A stretch of 64,000 bases of DNA from Candidatus Aminicenantes bacterium. Lineage in GTDB: Bacteria; Acidobacteriota; Aminicenantia; Aminicenantales; Aminicenantaceae. A program made the translations under genes and the position numbers. The stretch spans positions 13,893 through 77,892 of the forward strand of contig WVZL01000032.1 in assembly GCA_011772495.1 (NCBI GenBank), written 5' to 3'. Each line of letters begins with the position of its first letter. The first letter of the stretch is position 1. The notes beneath the pieces are model-generated. The model worked only from the letters and a program-made list of their open reading frames with translations. It did not search any database and had not been told where the DNA came from. This document shows positions 37,101-46,185 of the stretch, piece by piece.

Positions 37101-38404
37101 CAGAAGTCTCTGAGTACCTCCTCCAGATTTGGCGACCCAATTTCCTCAAGGTCATACCGAATGTGGAGTATTTTCTTGTTTGTTTTGATCAAGCGACTGA
37201 GGTCGATCGGGGTCGCGCTGATGATAAGGTCGCAGTCAGCTTTATTGATAGTCTGGGCCAGTTCGTCGGTTTGTTCTTTTCCATAGCCCATAGCTGGAAG
37301 GACTTTATCCAGATGAGTGTATTTTTGGAACGTTTTGGCAATGCTTCCTACAGCAAAGGGCCGGGGGTCGATAATCTCTGCCGCCCCGTATTTGGTAGCA
37401 GCAATGACCCCGGCTCCGTAGGGCATTTCTCCGTGGGTCAAGGTGGGTCCATCTTCGATGACCAAGACTTTTTTATCGACGATTTCCTTTTCATCAGGGA
37501 CAAAGACCGGAGAATTGGCCCTAATGATGGTTGCTTTGGGATTGACCTGATGAATGTTATCGATCACGATATCGATTTTCTCTTTCTCAGCGGTATCAAT
37601 CTTGTTGATGACGAAGACCTGAGCTCTCCTGAAATTCGTCTCTCCCGGATGATACAGGAGTTCGTGCCCTGGGCGATGAGGATCAACAACGACTATCTCT
37701 AGGTTTGAATCGTAGAAGGAGAAATCATTATTTCCCCCGTCCCAGATAATGACCTCTGCTTCTTTTTCGGCTTCTTCGAGAATAGCTTGGTAATCTACTC
37801 CAGCATAGACGGGAATTCCATTCTGGATATGAGGTTCATACTCTTCCCTCTCTTCGATCGTGCATTCATACTTATCCAGATCTTCAAAATCAGCAAAACG
37901 CTGGACCTTCTGTTTGGCCAGGTCTCCGTAGGGCATGGGGTGGCGGATGATGACGGCCTTCTTCCTTTTATTCTTGAGAACCTGGGAGACTTTTCGGCTT
38001 GTTTGGCTCTTCCCGCATCCTGTCCTGACTGCGCAGACAGAAATAACAGGGAGTTTACTTTTAAGCATAGTCTCTTCTGGGCCCAGGAGGATAAAAGATG
38101 CTCCAGCCCCGAGAACCTCGGAAGCTTTGTGCATGACGTACTCATGGGAGACATCGCTGTAAGAAAAGTAGACCTCATAGGCCTGTTGTTTTTTGATGAG
38201 AGAGGCAATCTCCTGTTCGGGATGTATTGGGATTCCTTCTGGATACAATTTCCCCGCCAGAGAAGACGGATACTTTCTGTCTTCAATGTCAGGAATCTGG
38301 GTGGCTGTAAAGGCTACCACCTGATATTGTTCGTTGTCTCGAAAGTAGACATTGAAATTGTGAAAATCTCTTCCAGCAGCTCCCATGATGATGACTTTCT
38401 TCAT
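37100..38404 (-). CDS. P-loop NTPase of the COG2403 / cyclic-2,3-diphosphoglycerate-synthetase-like family (function uncertain)
   Basis: 434 aa. Walker-A-like VRTGCGKSQTS, N-terminal Rossmann-like MKKVIIMGAAGRDFHNF. Start codon overlaps the arcC stop (translational coupling). Confidence 0.45.
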   Translation of the reverse strand: MKKVIIMGAAGRDFHNFNVYFRDNEQYQVVAFTATQIPDIEDRKYPSSLAGKLYPEGIPIHPEQEIASLIKKQQAYEVYFSYSDVSHEYVMHKASEVLGAGASFILLGPEETMLKSKLPVISVCAVRTGCGKSQTSRKVSQVLKNKRKKAVIIRHPMPYGDLAKQKVQRFADFEDLDKYECTIEEREEYEPHIQNGIPVYAGVDYQAILEEAEKEAEVIIWDGGNNDFSFYDSNLEIVVVDPHRPGHELLYHPGETNFRRAQVFVINKIDTAEKEKIDIVIDNIHQVNPKATIIRANSPVFVPDEKEIVDKKVLVIEDGPTLTHGEMPYGAGVIAATKYGAAEIIDPRPFAVGSIAKTFQKYTHLDKVLPAMGYGKEQTDELAQTINKADCDLIISATPIDLSRLIKTNKKILHIRYDLEEIGSPNLEEVLRDF

Positions 38405-38613
38405 GCTTGCATCTCCTTTTTTTTGTTCCAGAAGCCTACATTTATATTATTTCCAGAAGGTTGAGTATAATACAGGGATACCAAATATGCAAACACGGCG
38501 AGCCTGTCAACTTCTGACGCAGCCCAAGATAGGTGCGGCCTAGGATAGGGATGAAAAATGGAGCTGTTCCCATTCTCTAGGAAAAGTTTGGATGTTGGCT
38601 GCTTGTCTTTACC

Positions 38614-38763
38614 TCACTCTTCTAGCTGTTTTTTCCAGGCTTTGTCTTTCCTGTCGTATCCCTTTTTTCCCTTTTTAGTCGAATGAGGCTTGGAGGGAGG
38701 AGGCATGGGTTTTCGCAGTTTCTGCCAGGCAGGTTTTTGGCGTCTATCTATGCTTCTGGGCAT
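38614..38763 (-). CDS. Possible small basic protein (49 aa; MPRSIDRRQKPAWQKLRKPMPPPSKPHSTKKGKKGYDRKDKAWKKQLEE)
   Basis: Manually found sub-threshold ORF in the 410-bp gap between the metallophosphoesterase and the NTPase gene, same strand. Weak GGAAG Shine-Dalgarno. Could be spurious. Confidence 0.2.
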   Translation of the reverse strand: MPRSIDRRQKPAWQKLRKPMPPPSKPHSTKKGKKGYDRKDKAWKKQLEE

Positions 38764-38815
38764 TCTTCCTGCCTTTCTCGTTTATTTGATCGGCTCACCA
38801 GGTGGACCTCAGCAC

Positions 38816-39298
38816 TTACAAGGTTTTGATTTGGGCAGACAAAGACTCGGGATCCAGCAGGGCGACGGTGCTTTTCCCCGAAAGCCATCCTCCTGTTTCT
38901 CCAGGGTTGATGAGAAGAGTCGCCTCTTCTTTCCTTATCTCCGACTTGTGGGTGTGGGCAAAGATAAGAACATCATATTCGCCCCGAGACAGGTAGGGCT
39001 TAAGGGGAAAATTAAAATGCACAACCAGGAAGGTCAAATCGTTTTCCTTAAATGAAAAAGGAGCTTCTCTTATTTCCCCCAGAGATTGGAAAGCTTTCTC
39101 CAGACCTTGTTTTTCCCCGTCGCAGTTCCCGAAAACTGCCTTTACGGGACATTTCAAGCTTTGCATTTCCTTAGCTGCAAAGGGGGCGACGAAGTCTCCA
39201 GCATGAACAACCAAACTGCATCTCTCCTCATTGAATAATCGGACCGCCTTTTTGACTGCCCGCAGGTTGTCATGGGAATCGGCCATTATGCCAATCAT
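38816..39298 (-). CDS. YfcE/MJ0936-family metallophosphoesterase
   Basis: 160 aa. MIGIMADSHDN, HAGDF, GNCDG, FAHTH metal-binding motifs. Confidence 0.85.
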   Translation of the reverse strand: MIGIMADSHDNLRAVKKAVRLFNEERCSLVVHAGDFVAPFAAKEMQSLKCPVKAVFGNCDGEKQGLEKAFQSLGEIREAPFSFKENDLTFLVVHFNFPLKPYLSRGEYDVLIFAHTHKSEIRKEEATLLINPGETGGWLSGKSTVALLDPESLSAQIKTL

Positions 39299-39370
39299 TT
39301 TTCTTCTCTTATTCTAAGAAAATCAGACCTGATTGTCTAATTATATGGACTCAGGTCCTATCAAATATCT

Positions 39371-39451
39371 GAGGTCAAGTCATGACTTTCAACGTTTTGC
39401 TGTCAAGATTATATGTTTTCTTGTAAATATTGAAAGTTAGGACCTGACCCC
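39371..39451. repeat. 81-nt palindromic intergenic element, copy 2 (GAGGTCAAGTCATGACTTTCAAC...GAAAGTTAGGACCTGACCCC)
   Basis: Same length and conserved termini as the 24962-25042 copy (GACTTTCAAC.TTT at the 5' side; GACCTGACCCC at the 3' end). Divergent middle; imperfect hairpin. Confidence 0.7.
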
Positions 39452-39510
39452 GACCGCTGGTATTGACAGTAACCTCGTAAATTATTTATTATATAGAAGC
39501 TTTAAAGGAT

Positions 39511-39585
39511 AGGCGCGTAGCTCAGTGGGAGAGTGCTTCCTTGACGCGGAAGAGGTCGAGGGTTCGATACCCTCCGCGCCTACCA
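39511..39585 (+). tRNA. tRNA-Val (anticodon GAC)
   Basis: AGGCGCGTAGCTCAGTGGGAGAGTGCTTCCTTGACGCGGAAGAGGTCGAGGGTTCGATACCCTCCGCGCCTACCA: 7-bp acceptor stem, D-loop AGTGGGAGAG, anticodon loop TTGACGC, T-loop GGTTCGATACC, encoded CCA. Confidence 0.9.
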
Positions 39586-39667
39586 GTTTTTAAGGAGTGA
39601 GTATTCGAAAGGAAGCATACAATAAAGAGACTGTTTTGCCTGCCCTGCTGAATACACATAGATCTTA

Positions 39668-41590
39668 ATGGCAGAATTAGTAAAAGTTACGGTTGAGGAC
39701 TCTACTTTTTCAATTGAAAGGGGGACTCTGCTTTCTGAGCTTATTCCTCGGCTCAAACTATCCCAGAAACCTGTCTTGGCCAAGATGAATGGAGAGATAG
39801 TGGGCTTAGGGCGCCCTCTGGAAGAAGCTATGAAAGTGGAGCTGATTTACCCAGACTCTGAGGAGGGGCTTGATATCTTGAGGCACAGCGCTTCGCATCT
39901 CTTGGCTCACGCTGTCCTCGAGCTTTTTCCAGGGACAAAGACCGGCATCGGACCTCCTATAGAGAATGGATTTTATTACGATTTTTTAAGGGACAAGCCT
40001 TTTACTCCCGAGGACCTGTCAACCATAGAAAAGAAAATGAGAGAGCTGGCCCGCAAAGACATTCCCATAAAAAAAGTTATTTTTTCCAAGAAGGAGGCTC
40101 TTCATCTGTTTAAAGACCTGGGGCAAGAATTAAAGGTGGAGCTTATAGAAGAAAAGGGAGAGAAGGAGGTCACTTGTTTTCAGCAGGGAGATTTTGTTGA
40201 TTTTTGTCTCGGTCCTCATCTCCCCTCGACTGGTGGGATCAAGCATTTTAAAATTCTTTCCGCTTCCGGAGCGTATTGGCGCGGAGACGAGAAGGGAAAA
40301 CAACTGCAGAGAATTTATGGAACTGCTTTTTTCCTAAAGCAGCAATTGGTAGACTATCTGACGCTTTTAGAAGAGGCAAAGAAGAGAGACCACAGGAGGC
40401 TGGGCCCAGAGCTCGACCTGTTTAGCTTCAACGAAGACTTGGGAGGGGGGTTGGTTCTCTGGCATCCCAAGGGAGCTACAATCAGGCAGGTTATCGAGGA
40501 TTACTGGCGTGAAGAACACATAAAAGATGACTATGAATTCGTGTTCGCTCCCCATATTGCGAAGCTGGATGTCTGGAGGCGTAGCGGACATACGGAGTTC
40601 TATGAAGCCATGTATCCTCCTATCCAAAGTGAAGGCCTAGAATATGAGCTAAAGCCTATGAACTGTCCCTTTCATATCATGGTCTACAATTCACGACAGC
40701 GAAGCTATCGAGACCTTCCGCTACGCTGGGGGGAGCTTGGAACAGTCTATCGTTTTGAAAGAAGCGGCGTTCTCCACGGATTATTGAGAGTGAGAGGTTT
40801 TACGGTGGATGATGCTCATATCTTCTGCCGAGCCGACCAGCTGGAAAGTGAAACCATAGGAGTGATTCGTCTGGCCATGAGGCTTTTAGCTGCCTTCGGA
40901 TTCAAGGACTATGATATTTTTCTCTCCACTCGACCTGAAAAATACGTAGGCAAGGTCGAAGATTGGGATAAAGCCACCCAGGCTCTGAAGCACGCCTTGG
41001 AAGCTTCAAGATTGGATTATCAGATTGATGAAGGTGAAGGAGTTTTCTATGGACCCAAGATTGATATCAAAGTCAAGGATGTTTTGAGGAGATCCTGGCA
41101 GTGTACCACAATCCAGCTAGACTTTAACCTGGCTGAGAGGTTTGATCTGAACTATGTTGGGGAAGACGGAAAACTCCACCGTCCCTTTTTGATTCATAGA
41201 GCCTTATTGGGATCTTTAGAAAGGTTTTTCGGGATTCTGATCGAGCATTTTAACGGGAATTTCCCTGTTTGGCTGGCTCCGATTCAGGTCATTATCTTGC
41301 CCATTAGTGAACGGCACGATGATTATGCCAGGGCTTTGGATAAAAAGTTTAAAGAGGAAGGGCTGAGATCTCGAGCTGACCTCCGACGGGAAAAGATCGG
41401 GTATAAAATTAGAGACGCCGAAACCCATAAGATTCCCTTGATTCTGATCGTGGGAGATAAGGAAGTCGATCAAGGCACTGCTTCCTTGAGAATTCATGGC
41501 CTCGGTGATAAAGGAGAAATTAAGGTCAATGAATTCCTTGAAAAAGTAAGGGAATTGGATAAAAATAAGTCATTGGATGTGAACATCTAA
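39668..41590 (+). CDS. thrS: Threonine--tRNA ligase
   Basis: 640 aa. TGS domain N-terminus, editing domain HxxxH (RHSASHLLAHAV), class II core (RDHRRLG, FRDE-type motifs) and anticodon-binding domain. Confidence 0.95.
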   Translation: MAELVKVTVEDSTFSIERGTLLSELIPRLKLSQKPVLAKMNGEIVGLGRPLEEAMKVELIYPDSEEGLDILRHSASHLLAHAVLELFPGTKTGIGPPIENGFYYDFLRDKPFTPEDLSTIEKKMRELARKDIPIKKVIFSKKEALHLFKDLGQELKVELIEEKGEKEVTCFQQGDFVDFCLGPHLPSTGGIKHFKILSASGAYWRGDEKGKQLQRIYGTAFFLKQQLVDYLTLLEEAKKRDHRRLGPELDLFSFNEDLGGGLVLWHPKGATIRQVIEDYWREEHIKDDYEFVFAPHIAKLDVWRRSGHTEFYEAMYPPIQSEGLEYELKPMNCPFHIMVYNSRQRSYRDLPLRWGELGTVYRFERSGVLHGLLRVRGFTVDDAHIFCRADQLESETIGVIRLAMRLLAAFGFKDYDIFLSTRPEKYVGKVEDWDKATQALKHALEASRLDYQIDEGEGVFYGPKIDIKVKDVLRRSWQCTTIQLDFNLAERFDLNYVGEDGKLHRPFLIHRALLGSLERFFGILIEHFNGNFPVWLAPIQVIILPISERHDDYARALDKKFKEEGLRSRADLRREKIGYKIRDAETHKIPLILIVGDKEVDQGTASLRIHGLGDKGEIKVNEFLEKVRELDKNKSLDVNI

Positions 41591-41602
41591 AGGAGGTAAA
41601 TC

Positions 41603-42232
41603 ATTCGAAGAAGAATGTATAAACCTAGGCCAAGAAGAACAAAACCGCACAGGGTCAATGAAATGATACGCTTAAAAGAAGTCAGGGTCATCGATGAGGA
41701 CAAGAATCAAGTAGGAATCCTTCCTTTAGCTGAAGCCTTATCCTTGGCCAAAGATAGAGGTCTGGATCTCGTGGAGATTGCTCCTCAAGCGGCTCCGCCA
41801 GTCTGTCGAATAATGGATTATGGCAAGTTCCTTTATGAATTGCATAAGAAAGCTCAGGAAGCCAAAAAACATCAAAAGCAGATTCATGTAAAAGAGATCA
41901 AATTCAGACCAAAAATCAGTATTCATGATTACACTTTTAAAGTGCGCCATGTTCAGAAGTTTCTCGAAGAAGGCAACAAGGTGAAGATCACGGTTATGCT
42001 CAGAGGCAGAGAAAAGTCAAGACCAGAATTGGCTGATCAGATCTTGAACCGAGTCCTGACAGATGTTAAGGATTTAGGCCAGCAAGATGGGAGTGTCCGT
42101 GTCCAGCCCTGGGCTGTTTCGACCTATTTGAGTGCCCTTAAGACAGGAGGAAAAGATGCCAAAGCTAAAAACCCACCAGGGAGCCAAAAAGAGGTTCAAA
42201 GTAACAAAAAAGAAGAAAATCCTCCACAATAA
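41603..42232 (+). CDS. infC: Translation initiation factor IF-3 (probable AUU start; divergent or extended C-terminus)
   Basis: IF3 N- and C-domain core ([53 protein letters not shown]...[10 protein letters not shown]). AGGAGG at 41591-41596, then in-frame ATT at 41603, 12 nt upstream of the first ATG and 12 nt after the thrS stop. The reading frame runs 77 nt into rpmI. Confidence 0.8.
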   Translation: MRRRMYKPRPRRTKPHRVNEMIRLKEVRVIDEDKNQVGILPLAEALSLAKDRGLDLVEIAPQAAPPVCRIMDYGKFLYELHKKAQEAKKHQKQIHVKEIKFRPKISIHDYTFKVRHVQKFLEEGNKVKITVMLRGREKSRPELADQILNRVLTDVKDLGQQDGSVRVQPWAVSTYLSALKTGGKDAKAKNPPGSQKEVQSNKKEENPPQ

Positions 42233-42356
42233 AGCTTATAAAAGTCATATCTTAACGAAGAAGTCAGCCAAGAGGAAAAGGAAGCTTAGAACACAGAAAG
42301 CTGTGAGCCAGACTGACAGGAAGACAATAAAGAAGATGCTTCCTTATGAATTTTAG
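42156..42356 (+). CDS. rpmI: 50S ribosomal protein L35
   Basis: [22 protein letters not shown]... with GGAGG Shine-Dalgarno 5 nt before ATG 42156 (the track ORF begins upstream at 42132). Confidence 0.9.
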   Translation: MPKLKTHQGAKKRFKVTKKKKILHNKAYKSHILTKKSAKRKRKLRTQKAVSQTDRKTIKKMLPYEF

Positions 42357-42485
42357 TTTCTATCCTTTTTATTCCCTGGCTTGAGTTTAAAATGTACGTC
42401 AGCCACAGAGAAGGCAGAGAAAATCAATTGTGGCAGCCTTCATGGTTAGATGAGACGGTACTGATAAAGACACAAGGAGACGAAA

Positions 42486-42842
42486 ATGCCTAGAGTAAAA
42501 AGAGGACCGAGGAAAAAAGTAAGAAGGACAAAAATCTTAAAGCTGGCCAAAGGTTACTGGGGCGCGAGAAGCCATAACTATCGGACGGCCAAAGAAGCTG
42601 TGGAAAAAGCATTCCTTTATGCCTATCGAGATAGACGGAATCGGAAGCGTGATTTCCGAAGGCTGTGGATCATCAGGATTAAAGCGGCAGCTGAAGACAG
42701 CGGCCTTTCCTACAATCGTTTTATCCATGGTCTTCGCCGACTCAATGTTGACCTTGACCGGAAGATTTTGGCTGATTTGGCAGTAAACTCACCCCAAACT
42801 TTTTCGCGGCTAACTCAGAAAGTCAAAGACCTGAATGCTTGA
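42486..42842 (+). CDS. rplT: 50S ribosomal protein L20
   Basis: 118 aa: [29 protein letters not shown]... Confidence 0.95.
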   Translation: MPRVKRGPRKKVRRTKILKLAKGYWGARSHNYRTAKEAVEKAFLYAYRDRRNRKRDFRRLWIIRIKAAAEDSGLSYNRFIHGLRRLNVDLDRKILADLAVNSPQTFSRLTQKVKDLNA

Positions 42843-42843
42843 C

Positions 42844-43878
42844 ATGAAAGCCTTCAAGAATAATGTCACCAAGTGCAGGAGAGAATTTGACAAGTCTGTT
42901 CTTCAAATAAAGAGCGAAAAATCTCTTCAAGAATTGCGGAATCACTACCTGAGTAGGAAAAGAGGCCAGCTGACTCTTCTTTTTGAGGATCTGATGGCTT
43001 TAAAGCCAGAGCAAAGGCCGATAGCTGGCCAGATGGTCAATGAGCTTAAAAAGGACATCCAGGAGAAGCTTCAAAGCCTCAAAAAAACGTTCAAGACCGA
43101 GGAGGAAGTCGTAGAGAGGACGGACTTTACTCTTCCCGGGAAGGTGAGATATTGGGGCGCTGCCCATCCTGTTCACCTTTTTCAGGCTGAAATCGAAAAC
43201 ATTTTTATTTCCATGGGCTACTCGATCGAAGAGGGTCCGGAGATAGAGACAGATTATTATAATTTTGGAGCTCTGAACTTTCCTCCACATCATCCGGCTC
43301 GAGATGACTGGGATACACTCTATCTTAAGGACGAACTTCTCCTTCGTACGCATACCTCCCCAGTCCAGATTCGGGTTATGGAAAAGCAAAAACCTCCGAT
43401 AAAAATCGTCATTCCTGGCAAGGTTTATCGGAAAGAAACGCCTGATCCAACGCATCTCCCCATGTTCTATCAGCTTGAAGGGCTGGTCGTGGACAAAGGC
43501 ATCACTTTTGCCCACTTGAAGGGGACCTTGGAGTATTTCCTCAAAACCTTATTCAGCGAAAAAATAAAGATGAGATTCCGGCCGGGCTTCTTTCCCTTCA
43601 CTGAGCCTTCAGCAGAGGTCGATATCGGATGTACTGTTTGTGAAGGCAAGGATGAAGAATGCCGTGTTTGCGGAGGGAGTGGCTGGATAGAGATCCTGGG
43701 ATCGGGCATGGTGGACCCTCAGGTATTCAAGAATGTCAATATCGACCCCGAGGAATATACTGGGTTTGCTTTTGGGCTGGGCATTGACCGGACAGCCATG
43801 TTTGCCTATCAGATTTCTGATATGAGATTTTTTTACGAGAACGATTTAAGATTCATAAGACAGTTTTTACTAAAATGA
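42844..43878 (+). CDS. pheS: Phenylalanine--tRNA ligase alpha subunit
   Basis: Class II motifs (HPARDDWDTLY, FRPGFFPFTEPSAEVD, GFAFGLGIDRTAM). Start ATG 42844 or 42835 (overlaps the rplT stop). Confidence 0.9.
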   Translation: MKAFKNNVTKCRREFDKSVLQIKSEKSLQELRNHYLSRKRGQLTLLFEDLMALKPEQRPIAGQMVNELKKDIQEKLQSLKKTFKTEEEVVERTDFTLPGKVRYWGAAHPVHLFQAEIENIFISMGYSIEEGPEIETDYYNFGALNFPPHHPARDDWDTLYLKDELLLRTHTSPVQIRVMEKQKPPIKIVIPGKVYRKETPDPTHLPMFYQLEGLVVDKGITFAHLKGTLEYFLKTLFSEKIKMRFRPGFFPFTEPSAEVDIGCTVCEGKDEECRVCGGSGWIEILGSGMVDPQVFKNVNIDPEEYTGFAFGLGIDRTAMFAYQISDMRFFYENDLRFIRQFLLK

Positions 43879-45950
43879 AAATCAGTTTGGAATGGATCAA
43901 GGAATACGTGGGAACCAGGCTTTCTCTTTCTTCCCTGATCGATAGGCTGGACATGATTGGATTGGTGGTCGATGACTGGCAGGAGAAGGATGGAGACATC
44001 ATTCTGGATATCGAGACTCATGCCAATCGTCCTGACACTTTGGGTCATTTGGGAGTGGCCAGAGAATTGGCTGCGGGCCTGGGACTTCCTCTTAAAGAGA
44101 AGGATTGGCCTTTGGTCGAGCTTGAACAGGAGACTTCTGATTTCATTGATATTCAGATCTTGGATCGCGATCTTTGTCATCGCTACAGCGGAATAGTCGT
44201 CAGGGACATCCAGGTCAAGACGTCTCCAGAGTGGCTGCGGAAGAAGATAGAGAGCATGGGCCTTAATCCCCTCAACAATGTTGTTGATGTGACCAATTAT
44301 GTTCTTTTTTCCACGGCTCATCCGATTCATGCTTTTGATTTAGCAAAAATTTCGGGTCAAAAGATCATCATCCGCAGGGCGCATAAGGATGAAATCTTTA
44401 AAACTCTAGAGGGGGAAACTATAGGTCTTTCTCCGGAGATGTTGGTTATTGCCGATGCCAAAAAGCCGGTGGCTTTGGCAGGGGTCATGGGTGGCTCAGA
44501 CACAGCTGTTTCTGAGACGACACGAGATGTATTCATAGAAAGTGCCTGGTTTGATCCGGTCTCTGTCCGAAAAACTAGCAAGGAAACAGGAATTCAAACC
44601 GATGCCTCGTACCGTTTCGAACGCGGAGCCGATCTTTCCATGTGTCCTCAGGCTGCTTTGATGGCGGCTTCTTTGCTTTCCCAGCTCGGTGGAAAATCAA
44701 CGAGGGAAGTTTACGATGTCTTTCCCAAACCTCCAAAGAACAAGACGATAATCCTCCGCCATAATCGAATTACTGAACTTCTCGGAATCGAGGTTGACCA
44801 AGAATTTGTCCAGGATACCCTACCGAAATTAGGTTTTCAGCTCGAACCGCGTCAGGAAGGAAGCTGGCAAGTCACCATTCCCTTTTTCAGGGTCGATATC
44901 GAAAGAGAGGCAGATCTCATCGAAGAAATTGCTCGATTTTACGGATACGACAAAATTCCATCTCATTTTCCTCCCCTGTGTGTTCCCGAACCTCCCCGGA
45001 AAGAGAAGAGGGAGAAGATTAATAAAATACGCCAGCTTCTGTTCCACCAGAGTTTTGACGAAGTCATCAATTTTAGTTTTGCTGATCCAGAAAAAGAAGC
45101 AGTATTCCTGAAGCAGCGTCCAGAAATTGCCATCAAGAATCCGATTTCTCAGAAAGCCTCCTACCTTCGAACCTCTCTTCTAGGGGGATTGCTGGAGAAC
45201 ATCGCTTGGAATAAGAATAGAGGTGCCGAGGGGCTCAATATCTTTGAGATAGGGAATATCTATTTCTGGGATGATTCCAAGGCTGTCGAGGAGCTTTTCA
45301 TCGGGATGGCGACCACTGGTTTTATTGGTCAAAGTTATTGGGAGGGGAAGGATGAAGAGGCTGGCTATTTCTGTCTGAAAGGCACCTGCGAATCTATAAT
45401 GGCTCATTTGAGATACGAACCTTTTTCATTCCAAGAAGCCAAGCACGATTATTTTGAAACAGGATTCTCACTGGCTCTTGTCTATAAAGGTGAGAAAGTC
45501 GGGATTTTAGGTTTGCTCAAATCCAGTCTTCTTGATTCTTTTTCGTTGAAAGATGCAGTTTGGGCAGCAGAACTCAACCTAGCGAGCCTGTTTAGCAAAC
45601 AATCCAAACCGTTCGAATACAAACCAGTGATCAAGTTCCCGTCCGTCAGTCGAGATGTTTCCTTCCTTGTTAAACGAAATGTTTCTTATCAGGATATTAA
45701 GGAAGCAGTGGAGAAGCTTTCTGTGGCTTACTTAGAAAGATTTGATCTCTATGACCGTTATTCAGGTCCTACCATCTCTGGGAATAAAGTCAGTTTATCT
45801 CTTCGGTTTATCTTCCGCCATCCAAAAAAGACATTGTTGGCGAAAGAGGTCGACAGCCTCCAGCAAAGAATCATTAAACATTTAAAATCGAGGTTTAACA
45901 TCCAGTTAAGAAAAGGAGGGCAAATTGACAAGCGAGTTAGAAAGAATTAA
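43875..45950 (+). CDS. pheT: Phenylalanine--tRNA ligase beta subunit (short form lacking N-terminal tRNA-binding OB domain)
   Basis: 691 aa. B3/B4, B5 and C-terminal anticodon-binding (FDLYDRYSG) regions recognisable. Start overlaps the pheS stop. Confidence 0.85.
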   Translation: MKISLEWIKEYVGTRLSLSSLIDRLDMIGLVVDDWQEKDGDIILDIETHANRPDTLGHLGVARELAAGLGLPLKEKDWPLVELEQETSDFIDIQILDRDLCHRYSGIVVRDIQVKTSPEWLRKKIESMGLNPLNNVVDVTNYVLFSTAHPIHAFDLAKISGQKIIIRRAHKDEIFKTLEGETIGLSPEMLVIADAKKPVALAGVMGGSDTAVSETTRDVFIESAWFDPVSVRKTSKETGIQTDASYRFERGADLSMCPQAALMAASLLSQLGGKSTREVYDVFPKPPKNKTIILRHNRITELLGIEVDQEFVQDTLPKLGFQLEPRQEGSWQVTIPFFRVDIEREADLIEEIARFYGYDKIPSHFPPLCVPEPPRKEKREKINKIRQLLFHQSFDEVINFSFADPEKEAVFLKQRPEIAIKNPISQKASYLRTSLLGGLLENIAWNKNRGAEGLNIFEIGNIYFWDDSKAVEELFIGMATTGFIGQSYWEGKDEEAGYFCLKGTCESIMAHLRYEPFSFQEAKHDYFETGFSLALVYKGEKVGILGLLKSSLLDSFSLKDAVWAAELNLASLFSKQSKPFEYKPVIKFPSVSRDVSFLVKRNVSYQDIKEAVEKLSVAYLERFDLYDRYSGPTISGNKVSLSLRFIFRHPKKTLLAKEVDSLQQRIIKHLKSRFNIQLRKGGQIDKRVRKN

Positions 45951-46185
45951 AATACTGGAAGGCAAAATCTCTCATGTCGTGGATTATGTAAATAAGCTGA
46001 CGGGTGAGAATGAAAAGCTGAAGCAGCAGATAAAGGAGCTGAGAGCCGAAAAGAGGAGCATAGAGGACCAGGTGAAGAAATCGGAGAAACTCGATCAAGA
46101 AATGAAAAAATACGAGAGTGAAAAGGAGATTTTGAAAGAAAAAATTGAAGGCATCATTAGTCAAATTGATAAGATTGGACTATGA
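45925..46185 (+). CDS. Coiled-coil protein, ZapB-like (cell-division associated)
   Basis: 86 aa, entirely heptad coiled coil (KLKQQIKELRAEKRSIEDQVKK...). Immediately upstream of, and overlapping, zapA. Confidence 0.45.
   Translation: MTSELERIKILEGKISHVVDYVNKLTGENEKLKQQIKELRAEKRSIEDQVKKSEKLDQEMKKYESEKEILKEKIEGIISQIDKIGL

Noticed and set aside
36111-37702. Several 170-230-aa + strand ORFs (36111-36635, 36998-37702)
   Set aside because: Antisense to arcC and the P-loop NTPase, which have clear family motifs. No Shine-Dalgarno, no homology.
38690-39055. 121-aa + strand ORF
   Set aside because: Overlaps the well-supported minus-strand metallophosphoesterase gene in antisense; low-complexity Gly/Arg-rich product.
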